Origin: Candidatus Obscuribacterales bacterium
Lineage (GTDB): Bacteria; Cyanobacteriota; Vampirovibrionia; Obscuribacterales; Obscuribacteraceae
NCBI GenBank assembly: GCA_965228855.1
Contig: CBDDIJ010000002.1
Coordinates: forward strand, 2,525,177-2,589,176
Reading direction: 5' to 3'
DNA: 64,000 nucleotides
Within the stretch, counting starts at the first letter, position 1; each line of letters starts with the position of its first letter. The position numbers were made by a program, and so were the translations under genes. Shown here in pieces: positions 61,243-64,000 of the stretch. Under the pieces are notes generated by a model. The model was not told the origin of the DNA and ran no database searches. It saw nothing but the letters and a program-made list of their open reading frames with translations.

Positions 61243-62154
61243 CTACTTCTTCGCCTTGACGGTCAGCTTCGCTTCCTCTTTGGCAGGCATCAAGTTGCGC
61301 GGCGCATAAATCCAGCCTTCCAAGAGCATGTTCTCGTTGTCCGAGTCCCACGGGTCGTTGAAAAGCTTCGGTTTCGAGTGATACAACGCGGCGCCGTAGC
61401 AGGCCACAAGCGCATCTATAGTGTGATCCGACGCAAGCAGCGCGCCCTTCATTGCGTTATCTATGTGCAGGCGCGGGCAATCCTCATACTTTTGCCCGTG
61501 CGCATCACGCAGATGAAGCAAGCCGTCGATAATCTCTTTGCGCACGGCATGCGCCTTATCATGATTTTTCTTGTCCTTCATCTTATAACCGGAATCGGGC
61601 AAACTCAAGATGTAAAGTAACTCACGCGGATAGCATTCGATGACGCTGGTAGGCACGTTGCCGCGCTTGTCTTCCTGAAAGGGCAGCACCGCGTACTTTT
61701 CGGGATTGAGCGTGGCAAGCATTCTCATTCCGTAAAACGTCATTTGAATCATCGATGGATTGCCAGTGTTCAAAGGGCTCTTAGCCACGCGAAGAGACTT
61801 GGAGTCTGTGTACCGCAGCGCCACAATCTCATACTCGTCGACGTACTGCTTGAACTGCTCGAAGCTCATGAATACTAGTGGTTCAGCCGCCTGCTGCCAT
61901 TCTTGGAATTCATCCTTCTCAAGTTTGCGCGCCAGAAACTTCAAGAACTCGATCGGCATCGAGAATGGAAAATCCATCGCAATGCAGCTCAGCTCTTTCA
62001 AATGATCGAGCTCTTTGGCGAGCGCGTGAGACCCGGTGTTTTTTACCGATTTTATATGTAGACCGTCAGATTCCAGAAAGCCAGTAACCATCCATGTGTC
62101 GTTCGGAACGGTTTTTGCGCCGCTGAAATCAACTCCGCCAATGAGCACTTTCAC
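61243..62154 (-). CDS. DUF429-like RNase H-fold predicted nuclease
   Basis: GVDFSGA, MDFPFS, RYTD, IECYP, IDALVA, EGWI. Confidence 0.82.
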   Translation of the reverse strand: MKVLIGGVDFSGAKTVPNDTWMVTGFLESDGLHIKSVKNTGSHALAKELDHLKELSCIAMDFPFSMPIEFLKFLARKLEKDEFQEWQQAAEPLVFMSFEQFKQYVDEYEIVALRYTDSKSLRVAKSPLNTGNPSMIQMTFYGMRMLATLNPEKYAVLPFQEDKRGNVPTSVIECYPRELLYILSLPDSGYKMKDKKNHDKAHAVRKEIIDGLLHLRDAHGQKYEDCPRLHIDNAMKGALLASDHTIDALVACYGAALYHSKPKLFNDPWDSDNENMLLEGWIYAPRNLMPAKEEAKLTVKAKK

Positions 62155-62353
62155 ACCCCCTTGACCTAAATTTGATCCATTTCGCAGTTATTCTGCTCAA
62201 ACGCAGCTCTGCTTACGGCGAATTATACGCCTGTGCAGAACATACCGCCGAGTTTTGTTTACAGCCTCTCAGTTTAGTCATGCATTAATGGAATAAGCTT
62301 TTATACTTGTATGAATTCCTGGAAACCCGTTTCTCTCATTCTCGGACCTTGAC

Positions 62354-64000
62354 ATGACGGCTAGCGCCCCGACAATCGATACGCGCACAATCGCCAACTC
62401 GGTGGGTCTTCTCGTTGACCGTGTCGATGGAAGAGTGCTGGGGAATGTGTGGGTGATCGATGACGCGAAAGTAGCTACCTGTGCGCATCTGGTCTTTGGA
62501 TATCGGGCATTTTGGCCGGCGCTGAAGGTTGTCTTCCCTGGTGCTATGCGCGAGTTCGGCGTCGAGTCGGCGATTTTTCATCCGCGTTTTGACATGAAGA
62601 TGGCCAGTAAGCTGGCTCAGGTAGCGCTTACCGAACCGATGCCCAACCTTCCGTTGCAGCAGCACAATGCCGCAGTTTTGCGTTTAACGCCTTCACTGGA
62701 GGGCATCTCGGACGACCTGACCTTCAAGGTCAACAAAAGTCTTTCTCTACCACTGCCGCCAAGAGACCAGGGATTGGGCGGAAACCTCGGCGAAATCGAT
62801 TTATATGTTGTCGTTCAAACAATTACGAATGCTCGCAAGGAAGGCGTTCTGACAATTTGCGACGATCGCAATCATCCAGTCGCTCGCATCTTTTGCCAAA
62901 ACGGACGCCTGCTTTTCGCTCAGTATGCCAATCTCGTGAACGAGATGGCGATTTATCAAATCGTCTCGAATGATCTGAAGGGAAACTTTTTCTTCTGGTC
63001 GGCGCAGCACCCCAACTGGGAAGTGTCTCAGCCCATCGCTCGTCCTGCCGAAATGCTGCTCATCGAGTCGCACCGCCGCGCCGATGAGCTCAAGAAGCTG
63101 ATTCCGATGGTTGGTGACCCCAATACTTGCTTTGTGCGAGTTCGACCGGAAGTCGCCATCGACATCTTGCCGCCCGAAGTCAAAGACTACGCCCGCATGT
63201 TGTGGGATTTGATCGATGGTGGAACGCCTTGCCGCCAGCTCTGGCAACTTGCAAACATCGATGACTGTGCGGTTTATCAAACCCTGGCCGAATTGATTAA
63301 GACTAAACAGATCGCGCCAAAGGTCGAAGACTACATAACTCCAAACGGTGCCGGTCCGCTGAACGCGTTGGCTATGTCGGTGCAAACCCGCCTGGCTCCC
63401 TGGGATTCAATCACGACGGTCTATCGCGATGCTTCATCGCCAAACGCTAACGCGCTTGTTCGGCAGGGAGCGCTGCTTGGAGCGTTGCGCGAAGGCGACC
63501 CGTGGCATTTGATTCACAACATCCGTTTAATCCCAGAATCTGCCGGCAGTCCTATATTGAAGGATGGTCAAGTAATCGGCATGCATTGCGGAAAGCTTCC
63601 GCCCGATGAATTCAATCAGAACCTGGAAGGCTCACTGCAAGCTATGCTCTGGGTCGACTCCGTCGTTGAATGCCTGAAGAGCGGTGGTGAGAATCAGCTC
63701 GTGCAGAAGCTCACGCTGATCGACGCTCCTGTTCCGGATTTCACAAAGAAAGAGAAACCGACCGGCGGTGGCGGCTGTCGCGAAGTTGCTCGCGTAGACT
63801 GTCCTCGCTGTGGTCGAAGCAGTCTGGACGAGGCGCGCTTCTGCAAGTCTTGTGGTCAGCGTTTGCTCAAAGATATCGATCCGAAACCGTCTCGCAAGAC
63901 ACTTGCCGGCACCGGCGTTCATAAGATACAAAAGAAATCGATCCCGGTTGGACTTGTCGTTGCAATCAGCCTCTTCGCTTTTGTGATTGCGGCTGGCGCG
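62354..64000 (+). CDS. Partial ORF: trypsin-like halves flanking a DUF4388/PATAN-like domain, double zinc ribbon, TM
   Basis: Own translation, open from ATG 62354 to the window end: ATCAHLV, GGNLGEIDL..VVQTI...EGVL, LLIESHRRADE, ESAGSP, CPRC/CKSC. Confidence 0.85.
   Translation, partial: MTASAPTIDTRTIANSVGLLVDRVDGRVLGNVWVIDDAKVATCAHLVFGYRAFWPALKVVFPGAMREFGVESAIFHPRFDMKMASKLAQVALTEPMPNLPLQQHNAAVLRLTPSLEGISDDLTFKVNKSLSLPLPPRDQGLGGNLGEIDLYVVVQTITNARKEGVLTICDDRNHPVARIFCQNGRLLFAQYANLVNEMAIYQIVSNDLKGNFFFWSAQHPNWEVSQPIARPAEMLLIESHRRADELKKLIPMVGDPNTCFVRVRPEVAIDILPPEVKDYARMLWDLIDGGTPCRQLWQLANIDDCAVYQTLAELIKTKQIAPKVEDYITPNGAGPLNALAMSVQTRLAPWDSITTVYRDASSPNANALVRQGALLGALREGDPWHLIHNIRLIPESAGSPILKDGQVIGMHCGKLPPDEFNQNLEGSLQAMLWVDSVVECLKSGGENQLVQKLTLIDAPVPDFTKKEKPTGGGGCREVARVDCPRCGRSSLDEARFCKSCGQRLLKDIDPKPSRKTLAGTGVHKIQKKSIPVGLVVAISLFAFVIAAGA

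Noticed and set aside
62336..63931. Minus-strand ORFs at 62336-62665, 62801-63385 and 63632-63931
   Set aside because: Shadows of the long plus-strand ORF from 62354; the same applies to most short antisense ORFs in the track

Overview
A 64 kb chromosomal segment of a bacterium. The gene repertoire (three membrane Ser/Thr kinases with LRR or Cys-rich parts, clustered WG-repeat and TPR proteins, DUF3386, DUF4388-like protein) suggests Melainabacteria/Vampirovibrionia such as Obscuribacterales; this is inference only. Recognisable genes are xth, murQ, ribH, an Lhr helicase, two hybrid histidine kinases, a cytochrome P450, a TIGR00266 + M48 peptidase pair, a tandem-YbjQ operon and three tRNAs (Leu-TAG, Lys-CTT, Arg-TCT). 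No CRISPR array, rRNA or intact mobile element is visible. The most interesting signals are: (1) a dispersed intergenic palindrome ATCACCCGGGTGAT in 3 copies, resembling Noc/ParB-type sites; (2) a duplicated small-gene plus divergent-promoter module encoding N-terminal KKPRHLRLVV proteins; (3) a perfect (AG)16 microsatellite abutting the RBS inside the YbjQ operon; (4) a run of gene 3'-end fragments (Fic, relaxase-like, HipA) near tRNA-Leu; (5) an orphan phage tail-sheath C-terminal-like gene; (6) an ORF missing from the supplied track, encoding a trypsin-like pseudoprotease split by a DUF4388/PATAN-like domain; (7) an SdpAB-like HTTM operon. All family assignments come from motif recognition by eye, not database searches.
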